DNA of 64,000 nucleotides from Chrysomallon squamiferum (lineage: Eukaryota; Animalia; Mollusca). Both the position numbers and the translations under genes were made by a program. Of the stretch, positions 48,693 to 63,325 are shown piece by piece; the stretch's first letter is position 1; every line of letters starts with the position of its first letter. Where the stretch lies: assembly GCA_012295275.1 (NCBI GenBank), contig CM022675.1, positions 11,904,001 to 11,968,000 on the forward strand. The letters are read 5' to 3'. The notes beneath the pieces were generated by a model, which saw nothing but the letters and a program-made list of their open reading frames with translations, was not told the origin of the DNA and did not search any database.

Positions 48693-49113
48693 CTAGTGAC
48701 AAGATGTAATGAAATTAGTATAACACTTGGCTTTTTGATGGAGATAGAAATAAAATTTGGTTGCAGCAGAATATTTTAAATTGTACCTAGATCTTTACTA
48801 GTCTCAAAATACAACAAAGAAATACTGTTACATAACTCCATTATGTTCAGATAATTTTATAACTTGAAACTTGTCTTCAAAAATACACCAGGTATAACGA
48901 GCACCCGCTTTTATCATAGCTCTTGATACGTGCAGCCCAGCTTTTGGGAAGGTTCGTGAAAAAGTCCACTTACTGCTAGATAAAAATAGTAGACCATACG
49001 ATGTTTGGTAGCGTTATTCTATTTCGTAATAAACAAACGAACATAACAAGAAAAAAAGAAAAAAAAAGATAAAAGCAACCACACAAAAATAAACATATAA
49101 ATAAATACGCAAA

Positions 49114-49144
<31 letters not shown>

Positions 49145-49591
49145 GCAAATAAATAAATAAATAAATAAATAATTGATGAAAATATGTAATGAAATTAGTA
49201 TAACACTTGGCTTATGATGGAGATAGAAATAAACTTTGGTTGCAGCAGAATATTTAAAATTGTCCCTAGATCTTTACTAGTCCCAAAATTATAAACATCT
49301 GACGAACTTTGCTTCGGTTGAGAGAGGCTGTTTACCCTTTGTTGTTAGTGTTGGTGAGTTACATGTTTAATTAGAGAGACAGACGATAGTTAGAATGTTA
49401 GACACGGATCAGTCGAAGAAAAACTAACTATTTAACGTCACAGTGAGGACGGCTGGTTAGTATGTTAGAACATGAATGAAATAAATTTTGATGTCAAACT
49501 GAGAACGACGAATTGGACGAGAAGCTAATTGTCTGTGTGTACTTTAGTGTGTTAGAAATGGGTTTATGAATATATTAAAGAAAGTTGTAAC

Positions 49592-49628
<37 letters not shown>

Positions 49629-50246
49629 AGTAATGTGATTCAGGGATCACAAGTTTCGCTTCAGTGCTTGATGTATTTCGCAAATTTCAAAAGTCGTTAC
49701 AAACTTTTCAGAATGTGAATTCAAGCGAACGGAAGCGTTCTAATTTAAAATGAGTACTTTTGTACTTTTTAATACAAACACGAAATGTTTTGCTGCTTCA
49801 GGAAAAAATTAAGCCCTGAATCAAATTCAAGTTTTTATCAAGCGAAGAAATGAATAATAAGCTTTTTGTTTGCTCTTTCGATGCGAGTCCTTTACTTGAC
49901 GAAAGTCGGACCCACACCCACAAAACAAATGAAAAAAAAAAAAAAAAAAAAAAAAAAAACTGCCTCTGACGTCATAACTAAAGGATGCGTTCAAGATCAG
50001 TGGTGGAATTAAATAAGCGTCAGAACATAATGGCGGCGTCCTGTGACTTGAGCGCGCCTAACTCCAACTTTCTTTTGTATATTATATATTTTTTTTAGCT
50101 TATTTATGAATTTTTTAAATAACTTTTATTGAAATTTTGGTCATTTCATTTCAATGTAAAAAAGTTTCGCATGAAAAATTAAGAGTTTTATAGCATAAAA
50201 AATTCCAAATCTTTCAAAGTGAAAGGCAAATTACTATATTATTATG

Positions 50247-50326
<80 letters not shown>

Positions 50327-50643
50327 ACTACATTTTCGTTTTAAAAGGAAAAATAGCGTGGCTATGGATAAGTGCACACAACCATAAAAAGTTATATTGC
50401 CTAAAGCATTTTTATAAATACCAAAAAAAGAAGTGTCACTAGTCCCATAGAAATAATAGCTTCATTTGTTTCTGTGTATATGCATGTTCTTGTTTGTACG
50501 TGTGCATGTTTCTGTTGTATAGTTTTGTTTTTGCGTTTGTATGTCTCTGTTTTGACATGTTTCTGTTTGATTACTTCAATGTATCTATTGGTATTAGTCA
50601 GCTTTTTTTTCGGGGGCGGGGCGCATGCTTGTGTTTGTGCATG

Positions 50644-50690
<47 letters not shown>

Positions 50691-50892
50691 TCAGGTTTCA
50701 AACTTCGGTCTGCCTGTTTGTTTATGACCGTTATTTTTTTTGTATCGATCTTTCGATCTAGTTGTTTATTTATTTGTATGTCTGTCTGTCTACCTTCTAA
50801 CTCTCTACCTATCCATTCATCAACAGATATTGATATTTTCCAGTTAACTGGTTTTACGTTTACTCTCAAAATCTGTTTCAGAGTATTCAACA

Positions 50893-53594
50893 ATGTTGAG
50901 GATCTTTCTCTTTCTCACATTTGTAGCAGGAGTCGTGACAGGTAACTTTTAACAATCAACAAATAGACACAAATAAACACCCAGACAAACACACAGATAT
51001 CCACAATTGCATGTATGTCTGTACACACAGACGTGTGAATGTTCGTGTATGTACCGGACCAACTATCCGGCGTCCTGAAATCCGGAAAGACCAGAAAACC
51101 AGAAGTTTTTTCCCCCGACGCTAATTTCATAGTTCGCGCGCGCGATTGATTTTCCTCACCAGACCGGAACTACTCTTTCAAGCCGCGTGGCGTTCATTCA
51201 CTCGCCTCATTGTTTTACGTATCCAGTCGGCAATTTTCTTTACTCCCCAAGGAGTCCGGATAATTGGTCCGGTACCCGTATATATCTATATCTATATATG
51301 CATGCATGTATAGATATATCTATTTAGGAATCCGTATTATGTTGTCGGATTAGACTATATACTATATATAAAATGTATGTAGAAATATATACAATGGTAC
51401 CTTGACTTACGAGTGCATCGACTTACGATTTTTCCGAGTTACGAGCATCCGTCCCGGTCGATTTTTTGCTTTGAGTTGCGAGCCAGAATTCCAGTTACAA
51501 GCGAGCTTCAGATAGGGCGCCGCTAGTTGGCGCAACGAACAACACAACATCCGGCCATCATCCCTCGTCTCACTCGTTTACTTCATGTAGTTAAATCGCC
51601 GCGAAAACATCTCTGTTGTGTTGTACTCGCGTTTTGTGCAGGATTTCATTTTTCTGGTCGTGGGTGCAAAGGACACTGCTGAGAAAAAAGAAGCGGGTGA
51701 AGTCCATTGAATTAAAGCTTGAATTCATAGAAAAACATGAGCGAGGTGTGTATGTAGTCGACATGGCTAGGCAGTACGAGCGTGGTACTTCTACCATATG
51801 TACCATACTGAAGCTGAAGGACTCGATAAAGGCTGTAACTCCAGTTAAAGGCGTTAAACTAACTTGTCTGATTTCCAAGATAAATACACTTTACAAAACC
51901 AATTTATTTCTTTACATTCTCTTTTAGTTTGTTTTTATGCAACATTTGCCATTTATAAATACATTTTTCTTATTTAAAAACACTTTACCAAAAAAAAAAA
52001 AAAAAAAAAAAGGTGGTTTTGGAGGCCCTGGAACGGATTAATGGTATTTCAATTAATTTCAGTTGGGAAAATTAATTTGATATACGAGCAAATTGAGATA
52101 CGAGCTAGGTCACGGAACGAATTAAACTCGTAAGTCAAGGTACCCACTTGTACTGCGTTCAGTACTGATGTGGCAATCAGCGCTATTGTAAGACTGCGCT
52201 GCGCGTTCTTACGATCCTTTGACTTTTACGTCAATCTTGAGATCACTGGAAAACACCTTGTGCGTGCTTTCTGATACTGCTGCCATCTTGCGGTGCGGAT
52301 ATCAGCTTTATCCTGTTACAGTAAGAAGCGTTCCACCTGATTTCCTAAGACGGTAACCAGTTGTTTGTCTCAGTCTGCAGTCCTAAGTAAAACAAAAACT
52401 GACTGTTTTATTTAACAATTCATCGCTCTAGACAGTAGTAGAACCTCGCGTATTGACTGCGTTGTATACTCATCAGTGATCAAGACAATCATTTATTTAT
52501 CTGTTTCTAAACCAGCATTTAAACTGAAGAAGTAGCTTTGAACAATATATACGTAAATAGTATATACCTGTCTGTGAGTAATTCATCGAAGTGAATACAG
52601 TTCCTTTCCAAAAAGGTTGAATTTTCTGTCAGAGTTCGAAAGTACAGAACTTTATTAGTCATCATATCTTGCCACTATGTTCAAAGAAATATATATATAT
52701 ATACGTAAAGTCTCCTCTGTGTGTGAGTGTGTGTGCGTGTGCGCGCGTATTTATGTTTGTTTGTTTGAATGTGTTTATGTTTTTCAGGTGAATCTAATGT
52801 GTACTTCGACTGTCGGCGAAATGGCCAGGATTGTAAGAGAGATAACTCTTGTAAGGACGCTGACGGAATGTGTTCGTGTGATGGCCGTTCAGTTGGTATC
52901 GACTGTTCTGTTGCATCAGGTAAGTCATTAAATACGTGATCGTTTACACATACGAACACACACACGCACACACACGCACACGTATGTGAAAACGCGCACG
53001 TGTTTTCTGACAGAGTTGCTGTCTCTCTCTACACACACATGCGCACGCTTTTATTCCACTAAACACAAATAGAACAGTTTGTTGAAAAAAAAAAAAAAAA
53101 AAAAAATTAAAACAACAACAGTAACGAACTGTTTTATATTTCCTACTTTCATTTTTTTCTCTCTTCCTCTTTTTTTTTTTTTTTACTACACCGAAAGAAC
53201 ACTTAAAATTCACTTATGCAACGAATACGCCACAATACAGACTTACTTACCAAGTCACCTGATTTTATGTTATTTCTTTAAATAAATGAAGGGTTGGTTG
53301 GAGGTGGCGAATGTGCAAAAATGCAGGATCCGTGTGGTAAAGAAGGCGGTATCTGTTATTCAGCTTCTTCGTCCACTATAGCGTGTTCCTGTCCACCAGA
53401 TACTTATGGAATGGGCTGTAAGGAAAAAAGAAGTAAGTTTATAATGCACCGTCTGACCATTCATCCTCCTGTCGTTTTTCTGTGTCAGTTCATTATTCCA
53501 CGTTCCTCCATCAGTCTATCCATTTTATTATGTCTGTGTGCCTGCCCTACTCTCTCTCACTCTCTCTCTCTCTCTGTCTCTCTCTTTCTCTCTC

Positions 53595-53629
<35 letters not shown>

Positions 53630-53863
53630 CTCTCTCTTTCTCTTTCTCTCTCTGTCTCTCTGTGTCTCTCTCTCTCTGTCTCTCTATCTTTCTCTCTCTG
53701 TCTCTCTCTTTCTCTGTCTCTCTCTTTCTCTGTCTCTCTATCTGTCTCTCTCTTTCTGTCTCTCTCTGTGTCTCTCTCTTTCTCTCTCTTTCTCTTTCTC
53801 TCTTTCTCTTTCTCTCTCTCTTTCTCTCTCTCTTTCTCTGTGTGTGTCTCTATCTCTCTCTCT

Positions 53864-53956
<93 letters not shown>

Positions 53957-54602
53957 GTATCTAACTCGTCTCTGAAGTTATCTGTCAGCCTATCGGTCTA
54001 ACAATACATCCATCCATTCTTTCTTTTCTAGTCTGTCTCTCTGTCTATCTATCTATCTATCTATCTATCTACATGTCTGTCTATTAGCCTATCTATCAAT
54101 CCATCTTTGTTTATTTCCTATCAGACTTCTATCTGGGTCTATTTTGTATCTGTGTTGTGCCCTCTGTCTCATGCTTAGTTTTGGCACACTTTTCTCTCAA
54201 TAACATTTTCATAAAATCAGCTTTTATAATCTTAAATCATTAAATCCTTAAGAGAGGGAGAGAAAATAGAAACAGAAAAAAAAAGAGAAAAAAAAACGAA
54301 AAACAAAACAAAAAAAACGAAAAGAAAAAAAAGAAAAAAGAAAAGAGACAAAAATGAAAGTAGGAAATATAAAACAGTTCGTTACTGTTGTTGTTGTCGT
54401 CGTTGTTGTTCCAGTACAGGTGAAGTGCTCGGAAGATTCGATGGAGATGACGGTCGTACTGCTTGGAACATTCGGCGGAGTCATGTATATAGAAGGTCAG
54501 AGAAACGTGAACGATTGTCAGTTCATGAAGAAATCGAAGGACGGCTTTGCCCAGTACTCTCTTAATGTATCAGATACAGCTTGTGGAGAACTAGTTAATA
54601 CG
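50893..54602 (+). CDS. EGF-ZP gene copy, 5' part (exons 1-4); runs into the gap
   Basis: Exons 50893-50941, 52788-52919 (EGF1 variant CKRDNSCKDADGMCSCDGRSVGIDCS), 53292-53432 (GLVGGGECAKMQDPC..) and 54415-54602; the sequence stops at the exon 5 acceptor (55201). Confidence 0.82.
51051..51275. mobile_element. MITE copy, internally deleted
   Basis: Near-identical TIRs to 33116-33436 (one mismatch in the left TIR); 225 bp versus 321 bp. Confidence 0.7.
51392..52150 (+). mobile_element. Tigger/pogo-like element copy
   Basis: TA|CAATGGTACCTTGACTTACGAG ... CTCGTAAGTCAAGGTACCCACTTG|TA with the HTH remnant. Confidence 0.85.
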
Positions 54603-55201
54603 GTGTGTATCTATGTGTGTGCGTGCGTGCGTGCGTGTGTGTGTGTTATATATATTTATATCTCTCTGTTATTATAATACGATGATAATTTGATAAGACA
54701 ATAGTATAATAAGACAATCTCTTGTGTCGTCGCAGAACAATGAGAAACTGTTTCATCTCAGCTCTTGGTCGTGAACACGACCAGTAATGACTTGTTTAAT
54801 TACTCTCTTTGACTTTGTAATACCATTAATACTAAACTGATGTTTACTTGTTATGCAGGCGTATATGTATATGAGTCATTTTTTCAAAACCGTGATTTGA
54901 TAATAAAAATAAAAATAATAATAATAATAATAATTATAAAAATAACAACAACACAAGAACAACAATAATAATAGTAGATTGATGCTGACAGTAGTAGCAC
55001 TAGTGCTAGCAGTAATTCTAGTAATACTAGGAATAATAATAATAATCATAGCAATAATTTAAAAAAACCCCTATATTTTAATGATATAAATGATTTCAAG
55101 TTTTTTTATATTTTTTATTCATGTTCTATTACTGTAATGGTATCTACTACGAACACCACGAATACTGTTCCTCTTCTTTTACATATTGTTATTTATTATT
55201 C

Positions 55202-55401
55202 NNNNNNNNNNNNNNNNNNNNNNNNNNNNNNNNNNNNNNNNNNNNNNNNNNNNNNNNNNNNNNNNNNNNNNNNNNNNNNNNNNNNNNNNNNNNNNNNNNN
55301 NNNNNNNNNNNNNNNNNNNNNNNNNNNNNNNNNNNNNNNNNNNNNNNNNNNNNNNNNNNNNNNNNNNNNNNNNNNNNNNNNNNNNNNNNNNNNNNNNNNN
55401 N
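55202..55401. other. Assembly gap (200 N)
   Basis: Fixed-length N run at the centre of the large inverted duplication. Confidence 1.
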
Positions 55402-55546
55402 GTATGGAAGGATGGATTTTAGACTGTTTATATTACGCTGGTATATTACACAGGTATGAATGTGTATATTTAACGTATAATAATTATTAGGTATATGTGT
55501 AGGTGTGTAGATACGTATGTTATTGCACATGCAGACATTAACTCAC

Positions 55547-56814
55547 CCTTCTGATTGTATGTTGTCCAGTTTTTTGCTCACACTCACGGTACTGATATCA
55601 TCTCTCGTACAAGTCACAGTGACCTTGACATCGAGGCTTGTCAGAAACATCGAATTAAACTGTATGATGAAATCTCTCGACCGATTATTTGTCTGAATAA
55701 TAAATAACAATATGTAAAAGAAGAGGAACAGTATTCGTGGTGTTCATAGTAGTTATCATTACAGTAACAGAACATGAATAAAAAATATAAAAAAACTTGA
55801 AATCATTTATATCATTAAAATATAGGTTTTTTTTTAATTATTGCTATGATTATTATTATTATTCCTAGTATTACTAGAATTACTACTAGCACTAGTGCTA
55901 CTACTGTCAGCATCAATCTACTATTATTATTGTTGTTCTTGTGTTGTTGTTATTTTTATTATTATTATTATTATTATTATTTTTATTTTTATTATCAAAT
56001 CACGGTTTTGAAAAAATGACTCGTGTACGCCTGCATAACAAGTAAACATCAGTTTAGTATTAATGGTATTACAAAGTCAAAGAGAGTAATTAAACAAGTC
56101 ATTACTGGTCGTGTACACGACCAAGAGCTGAGATGAAACAGTTTCTCATTGTTCTGCGACGACACAAGAGATTGTCTTATTATACTATTGTCTTATCAAA
56201 TTATCATCGTATTATAATAACAGAGAGATATAAATATATATAACACACACACACGCACGCACGCACGCACACACATAGATACACACCGTATTAACTAGTT
56301 CTCCACAAGCTGTATCTGATACATTAAGAGAGTACTGGGCAAAGCCGTCCTTCGATTTCTTCATGAACTGACAATCGTTCACGTTTCTCTGACCTTCTAT
56401 ATACATGACTCCGCCGAATGTTCCAAGCAGTACGACCGTCATCTCCATCGAATCTTCCGAGCACTTCACCTGTACTGGAACAACAACGACGACAACAACA
56501 ACAGTAACGAACTGTTTTATATTTCCTACTTTCATTTTTGTCTCTTTTCTTTTTTCTTTTTTTTCTTTTCGTTTTTTTTTTTTTGTTTTTCGTTTTTTTT
56601 TTTTTTTTTTTCTGTTTCTATTTTCTCTCCCTCTCTTAAGGATTTAATGATTTAAGATTATAAAAGCTGATTTTATGAAAATGTTATTGAGAGAAAAGTG
56701 TGCCAAAACTAAGCATGAGACAGAGGGCACAACACAGATACAAAATAGACCCAGATAGAAGTCTGATAGGAAATAAACAAAGATGGATTGATAGATAGGC
56801 TAATAGACAGACAT

Positions 56815-56848
<34 letters not shown>

Positions 56849-56937
56849 CAGACAGAGACAGACTAGAAAAGAAAGAATGGATGGATGTATTGTTAGACCG
56901 ATAGGCTGACAGATAACTTCAGAGACGAGTTAGATAC

Positions 56938-56989
<52 letters not shown>

Positions 56990-57233
56990 GAGAGAAAAAG
57001 AGAGAGAGAGATAGAGACACACACAGAGAAAGAGAGAGAGAAAGAGAGAGAGAAAGAGAAAGAGAGAAAGAGAAAGAGAGAGAAAGAGAGAGACACAGAG
57101 AGAGACAGAAAGAGAGAGACAGATAGAGAGACAGAGAAAGAGAGAGACAGAGAAAGAGAGAGACAGAGAGAAAAGATAGAGAGAGAGAGAGAGAGAGACA
57201 CAGAGAGACAGAGAGAGAAAGAGAAAGAGAGAG

Positions 57234-57268
<35 letters not shown>

Positions 57269-59970
57269 GAGAGAGAAAGAGAGAGACAGAGAGAGAGAGA
57301 GAGAGTGAGAGAGAGTATATCAGGCACACAGACATAATAAAATGGATAGACTGATGGAGGAACGTGGAATAATGAACTGACACAGAAAAACGACAGGAGG
57401 ATGAATGGTCAGACGGTGCATTATAAACTTACTTCTTTTTTCCTTACAGCCCATTCCATAAGTATCTGGTGGACAGGAACACGCTATAGTGGACGAAGAA
57501 GCTGAATAACAGATACCGCCTTCTTTACCACACGGATCCTGCATTTTTGCACATTCGCCACCTCCAACCAACCCTTCATTTATTTAAAGAAATAACATAA
57601 AATCAGGTGACTTGGTAAGTAAGTCTGTATTGTGGCGTATTCGTTGCATAAGTGAATTTTAAGTGTTCTTTCGGTGTAGTAAAAAAAAAAAAAGAGGAAG
57701 AGAGAAAAAAATGAAAGTAGGAAATATAAAACAGTTCGTTACTGTTGTTGTTTTAATTTTTTTTTTTTTTTTTTTTTCAACAAACTGTTCTATTTGTGTT
57801 TAGTGGAATAAAAGCGTGCGCATGTGTGTGTAGAGAGAGACAGCAACTCTGTCAGAAAACACGTGCGCGTTTTCACATACGTGTGCGTGTGTGTGCGTGT
57901 GTGTGTTCGTATGTGTAAACGATCACGTATTTAATGACTTACCTGATGCAACAGAACAGTCGATACCAACTGAACGGCCATCACACGAACACATTCCGTC
58001 AGCGTCCTTACAAGAGTTATCTCTCTTACAATCCTGGCCATTTCGCCGACAGTCGAAGTACACATTAGATTCACCTGAAAAACATAAACACATTCAAACA
58101 AACAAACATAAATACGCGCGCACACGCACACACACTCACACACAGAGGAGACTTTACGTATATATATATATATTTCTTTGAACATAGTGGCAAGATATGA
58201 TGACTAATAAAGTTCTGTACTTTCGAACTCTGACAGAAAATTCAACCTTTTTTGGAAAGGAACTGTATTCACTTCGATGAATTACTCACAGACAGGTATA
58301 TACTATTTACGTATATATTGTTCAAAGCTACTTCTTCAGTTTAAATGCTGGTTTAGAAACAGATAAATAAATGATTGTCTTGATCACTGATGAGTATACA
58401 ACGCAGTCAATACGCGAGGTTCTACTACTGTCTAGAGCGATGAATTGTTAAATAAAACAGTCAGTTTTTTGTTTTACTTAGGACTGCAGACTGAGACAAA
58501 CAACTGGTTACCGTCTTAGGAAATCAGGTGGAACGCTTCTTACTGTAACAGGATAAAGCTGATATCCGCACCGCAAGATGGCAGCAGTATCAGAAAGCAC
58601 GCACAAGGTGTTTTCCAGTGATCTCAAGATTGACGTAAAAGTCAAAGGATCGTAAAGAACGCGCAGCGCAGTCTTACAATAGCGCTGATTGCCACATCAG
58701 TACTGAACGCAGTACAAGTGGGTACCTTGACTTACGAGTTTAATTCGTTCCGTGACCTAGCTCGTATCTCAATTTGCTCGTATATCAAATTAATTTTCCC
58801 AACTGAAATTAATTGAAATACCATTAATCCGTTCCAGGGCCTCCAAAACCACCTTTTTTTTTTTCTTTTTTTTTTGGTAAAGTGTTTTTAAATAAGAAAA
58901 ATGTATTTATAAATGGCAAATGTTGCATAAAAACAAACTAAAAGAGAATGTAAAGAAATAAATTGGTTTTGTAAAGTGTATTTATCTTGGAAATCAGACA
59001 AGTTAGTTTAACGCCTTTAACTGGAGTTACAGCCTTTATCGAGTCCTTCAGCTTCAGTATGGTACATATGGTAGAAGTACCACGCTCGTACTGCCTAGCC
59101 ATGTCGACTACATACACACCTCGCTCATGTTTTTCTATGAATTCAAGCTTTAATTCAATGGACTTCACCCGCTTCTTTTTCTCAGCAGTGTCCTTTGCAC
59201 CCACGACCAGAAAAATGAAATCCTGCACAAAACGCGAGTACAACACAACAGAGATGTTTTCGCGGCGATTTAACTACATGAAGTAAACGAGTGAGACGAG
59301 GGATGATGGCCGGATGTTGTGTTGTTCGTTGCGCCAACTAGCGGCGCCCTATCTGAAGCTCGCTTGTAACTGGAATTCTGGCTCGCAACTCAAAGCAAAA
59401 AATCGACCGGGACGGATGCTCGTAACTCGGAAAAATCGTAAGTCGATGCACTCGTAAGTCAAGGTACCATTGTATATATTTCTACATACATTTTATATAT
59501 AGTATATAGTCTAATCCGACAACATAATACGGATTCCTAAATAGATATATCTATACATGCATGCATATATAGATATAGATATATACGGGTACCGGACCAA
59601 TTATCCGACTCCTTGGGGAGTAAAGAAAATTGCCGACTGGATACGTAAAACAATGAGGCGAGTGAATGAACGCCACGCGGCTTGAAAGAGTAGTTCCGGT
59701 CTGGTGAGGAAAATCAATCGCGCGCGCGAACTATGAAATTAGCGTCGGGGGAAAAAACTTCTGGTTTTCTGGTCTTTCCGGATTTCAGGACGCCGGATAG
59801 TTGGTCCGGTACATACACGAACATTCACACGTCTGTGTGTACAGACATACATGCAATTGTGGATATCTGTGTGTTTGTCTGGGTGTTTATTTGTGTCTAT
59901 TTGTTGATTGTTAAAAGTTACCTGTCACGACTCCTGCTACAAATGTGAGAAAGAGAAAGATCCTCAACAT
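55547..59970 (-). CDS. Inverted EGF-ZP gene copy, 5' part (exons 1-5); runs into the gap
   Basis: Exons 59922-59970, 57943-58074, 57433-57573, 56287-56474 and 55547-55692; exons 1-4 translate the same as the 50893 copy. Confidence 0.8.
58715..59472 (-). mobile_element. Tigger/pogo-like element copy (inverted unit)
   Basis: Reverse complement of 51392-52150. Confidence 0.85.
59589..59812. mobile_element. MITE copy, internally deleted (inverted unit)
   Basis: Reverse complement of 51051-51275. Confidence 0.7.
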
Positions 59971-60172
59971 TGTTGAATACTCTGAAACAGATTTTGAGAG
60001 TAAACGTAAAACCAGTTAACTGGAAAATATCAATATCTGTTGATGAATGGATAGGTAGAGAGTTAGAAGGTAGACAGACAGACATACAAATAAATAAACA
60101 ACTAGATCGAAAGATCGATACAAAAAAAATAACGGTCATAAACAAACAGGCAGACCGAAGTTTGAAACCTGA

Positions 60173-60211
<39 letters not shown>

Positions 60212-60528
60212 CATGCACAAACACAAGCATGCGCCCCGCCCCCGAAAAAAAAGCTGACTAATACCAATAGATACATTGAAGTAATCAAACAGAAACATGT
60301 CAAAACAGAGACATACAAACGCAAAAACAAAACTATACAACAGAAACATGCACACGTACAAACAAGAACATGCATATACACAGAAACAAATGAAGCTATT
60401 ATTTCTATGGGACTAGTGACACTTCTTTTTTTGGTATTTATAAAAATGCTTTAGGCAATATAACTTTTTATGGTTGTGTGCACTTATCCATAGCCACGCT
60501 ATTTTTCCTTTTAAAACGAAAATGTAGT

Positions 60529-60590
<62 letters not shown>

Positions 60591-61651
60591 CATAATAATA
60601 ATAATAAACTTTGAAAGATTTGGAATTTTTTATGCTATAAAACTCTTAATTTTTCATGCGAAACATTTTTACATTGAAATGAAATGACCAAAATTTCAAT
60701 AAAAGTTATTTAAAAAATTCATAAATAAGCTAAAAAAAATATATAATATACAAAAGAAAGTTGGAGTTAGGCGCGGTCAAGTCACAGGACGCCGCCATTA
60801 TGTTCTGACGCTTATTTAATTCCACCACTGATCTTGAACGCATCCTTTAGTTATGACGTCAGAGGCAGTTTTTTTCTTTTTCATTTGTTTTGTGGGTGTG
60901 GGTCCGACTTTCGTCAAGTAAATGACTCGCATCGAAAGAGCAAACAAAAAAAAAAGCTTATTATTCATTTCTTCGCTTGATAAAAACTTGAATTTGATTC
61001 AGGGCTTAATTTTTTCCTGAAGCAGCAAAACATTTCGTGTTTGTATTAAAAAGTACAAAAGTACTCATTTTAAATTAGAACGCTTCCGTTCGCTTGAATT
61101 CACATTCTGAAAAGTTTGTAACGACTTTTGAAATTTGCGAAATACATCAAGCACTGAAGCAAAACTTGTGATCCGTGAATCACATTACTTATTTTTTTTT
61201 TTTTTATTTATATATATTTTTTTTTTTTTAACGTTACAACTTTCTTTAATATATTCATAAACCCATTTCTAACACACTAAAGTACACACAGACAATTAGC
61301 TTCTCGTCCAATTCGTCGTTCTCAGTTTGACATCAAAATTTATTTCATTCATGTTCTAACATACTAACCAGCCGTCCTCACTGTGACGTTAAATATTTAG
61401 TTTTTCTTCGACTGATCCGTGTCTAACATTCTAACTATCGTCTGTCTCTCTAATTAAACATGTAACTCACCAACACTAACAACAAAGGGTAAACAGCCTC
61501 TCTCAACCGAAGCAAAGTTCGTCGGATGTTTATGATTTTGAGACTAGTAAAGATCTAGGGACAATTTTAAATATTCTGCTGCAACCAAATTTTATTTCTA
61601 TCTCCATCAAAAAGCCAAGTGTTATACTAATTTCATATACATATTTTCACC

Positions 61652-61704
<53 letters not shown>

Positions 61705-62045
61705 TATATTTGCGTATTTATTTATATGTTTATTTTTGTGTGGTTGTATTTATCTTTTTTTTTCTTTTTTTCTTGTTATGTTCGTTTGTTTATTACGAAA
61801 TAGAATAACGCTACCAAACATCTTATGGTCTACTATTTTTATCTAGCAGTAAGTGGACTTTTTCACGGACCTTCCCAAAAGCTGGGCTGCACGTATCAAG
61901 AGCTATGATAAAAGTTGGTGCTGGTTATACCTGGTGTATTTTTGAAAAGAACTTTCAAGTTATAAAATTATCTGAACATAATGGAGCTATGTAACAGTAT
62001 TTCTTTGTTGTTATATATGATAGAGGGACAGACAGACAGACAGAC

Positions 62046-62150
<105 letters not shown>

Positions 62151-63075
62151 ACTGAGTTTTATTACTAAAATACATTTTTCGACACCGAAAAATATTTGTT
62201 ACATCATCAAAGAACTTGAAATTAGAGCAAAACTTTAGTTTTTACACCCACTTTTATCGATAATCATAACTTACTTCTTTAAAAAATATATATGAATATA
62301 TATATATATATATAAAATAGCATCTTCAAAAACTTACCTCTTTTCAGTTTCTAGACTTTTCTCGCCGCACTCTGCTCGTCAGTTTTATTCTCGGTCAATT
62401 TATATTAACTCGCACAAAATTATTAATAATTACGTAAGCAGAATATTTAAGTGACAAGAAATTATGACAGATTTGTCCCGCCTCTCGAGTGGCTGTCGAC
62501 CAATAGACTATTTTGTAATAAAATGCATTCTGACCAATGTGATGTCGTAAGACATAATTATTGTCAAGGAATCTTTTGATAACCTTTTATGGTAATGTAT
62601 CTTTCCTTTTCGTATTTCTGGTTATTATTATCCTTTTTTTTTTTTTTTTTTTTTTTCTTTTTTATAAAATTATTATATTTCGAACAGAATGTAATGGAGT
62701 TTAGTATATTATCACTATCTGGTTCTGTTTATATATATAACTTGTTTCTTTCTTTCCTTAATTGCCTATTTTATAGTACTGATTATCAAAACTGTATTTG
62801 TTTATTTATATCGTTGTATTAGTTTTTCTTTGTTTTCTGTTACTAATTTATTTATTCACATATTATATTTTACTTTATTATTTCTAATTTAATTAATTAA
62901 TGTTTTTTTGTTAACTTAACATTCACAGCGTAAAGCAGAAATAACAATAAATACAGAAATTTCCCTGAAACCCTTCTGAGCAAAATAAGATTTAAACTGA
63001 TGTTGCTGAAATAAGTAACTGAAAATACAGAAGTTTATCTGGTCATTTAATGTCAATATTTATGGTGATTACAGG

Positions 63076-63155
<80 letters not shown>

Positions 63156-63293
63156 ATATATGTGTGTATGTATGTGTTTGTGTGTATATATATATATATT
63201 TCTGTGTGTGTGTCTGTGTGTGTGTGAGTGTGTGTGTGTGTGTGTGTTTATATATATCTGTGTGTGTGTCTGTGTGTCTGTGAGTCTGTGTGT

Positions 63294-63325
<32 letters not shown>

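Noticed and set aside
55121-55530. ORFs spanning the gap
   Set aside because: Artefacts of translating the N run.
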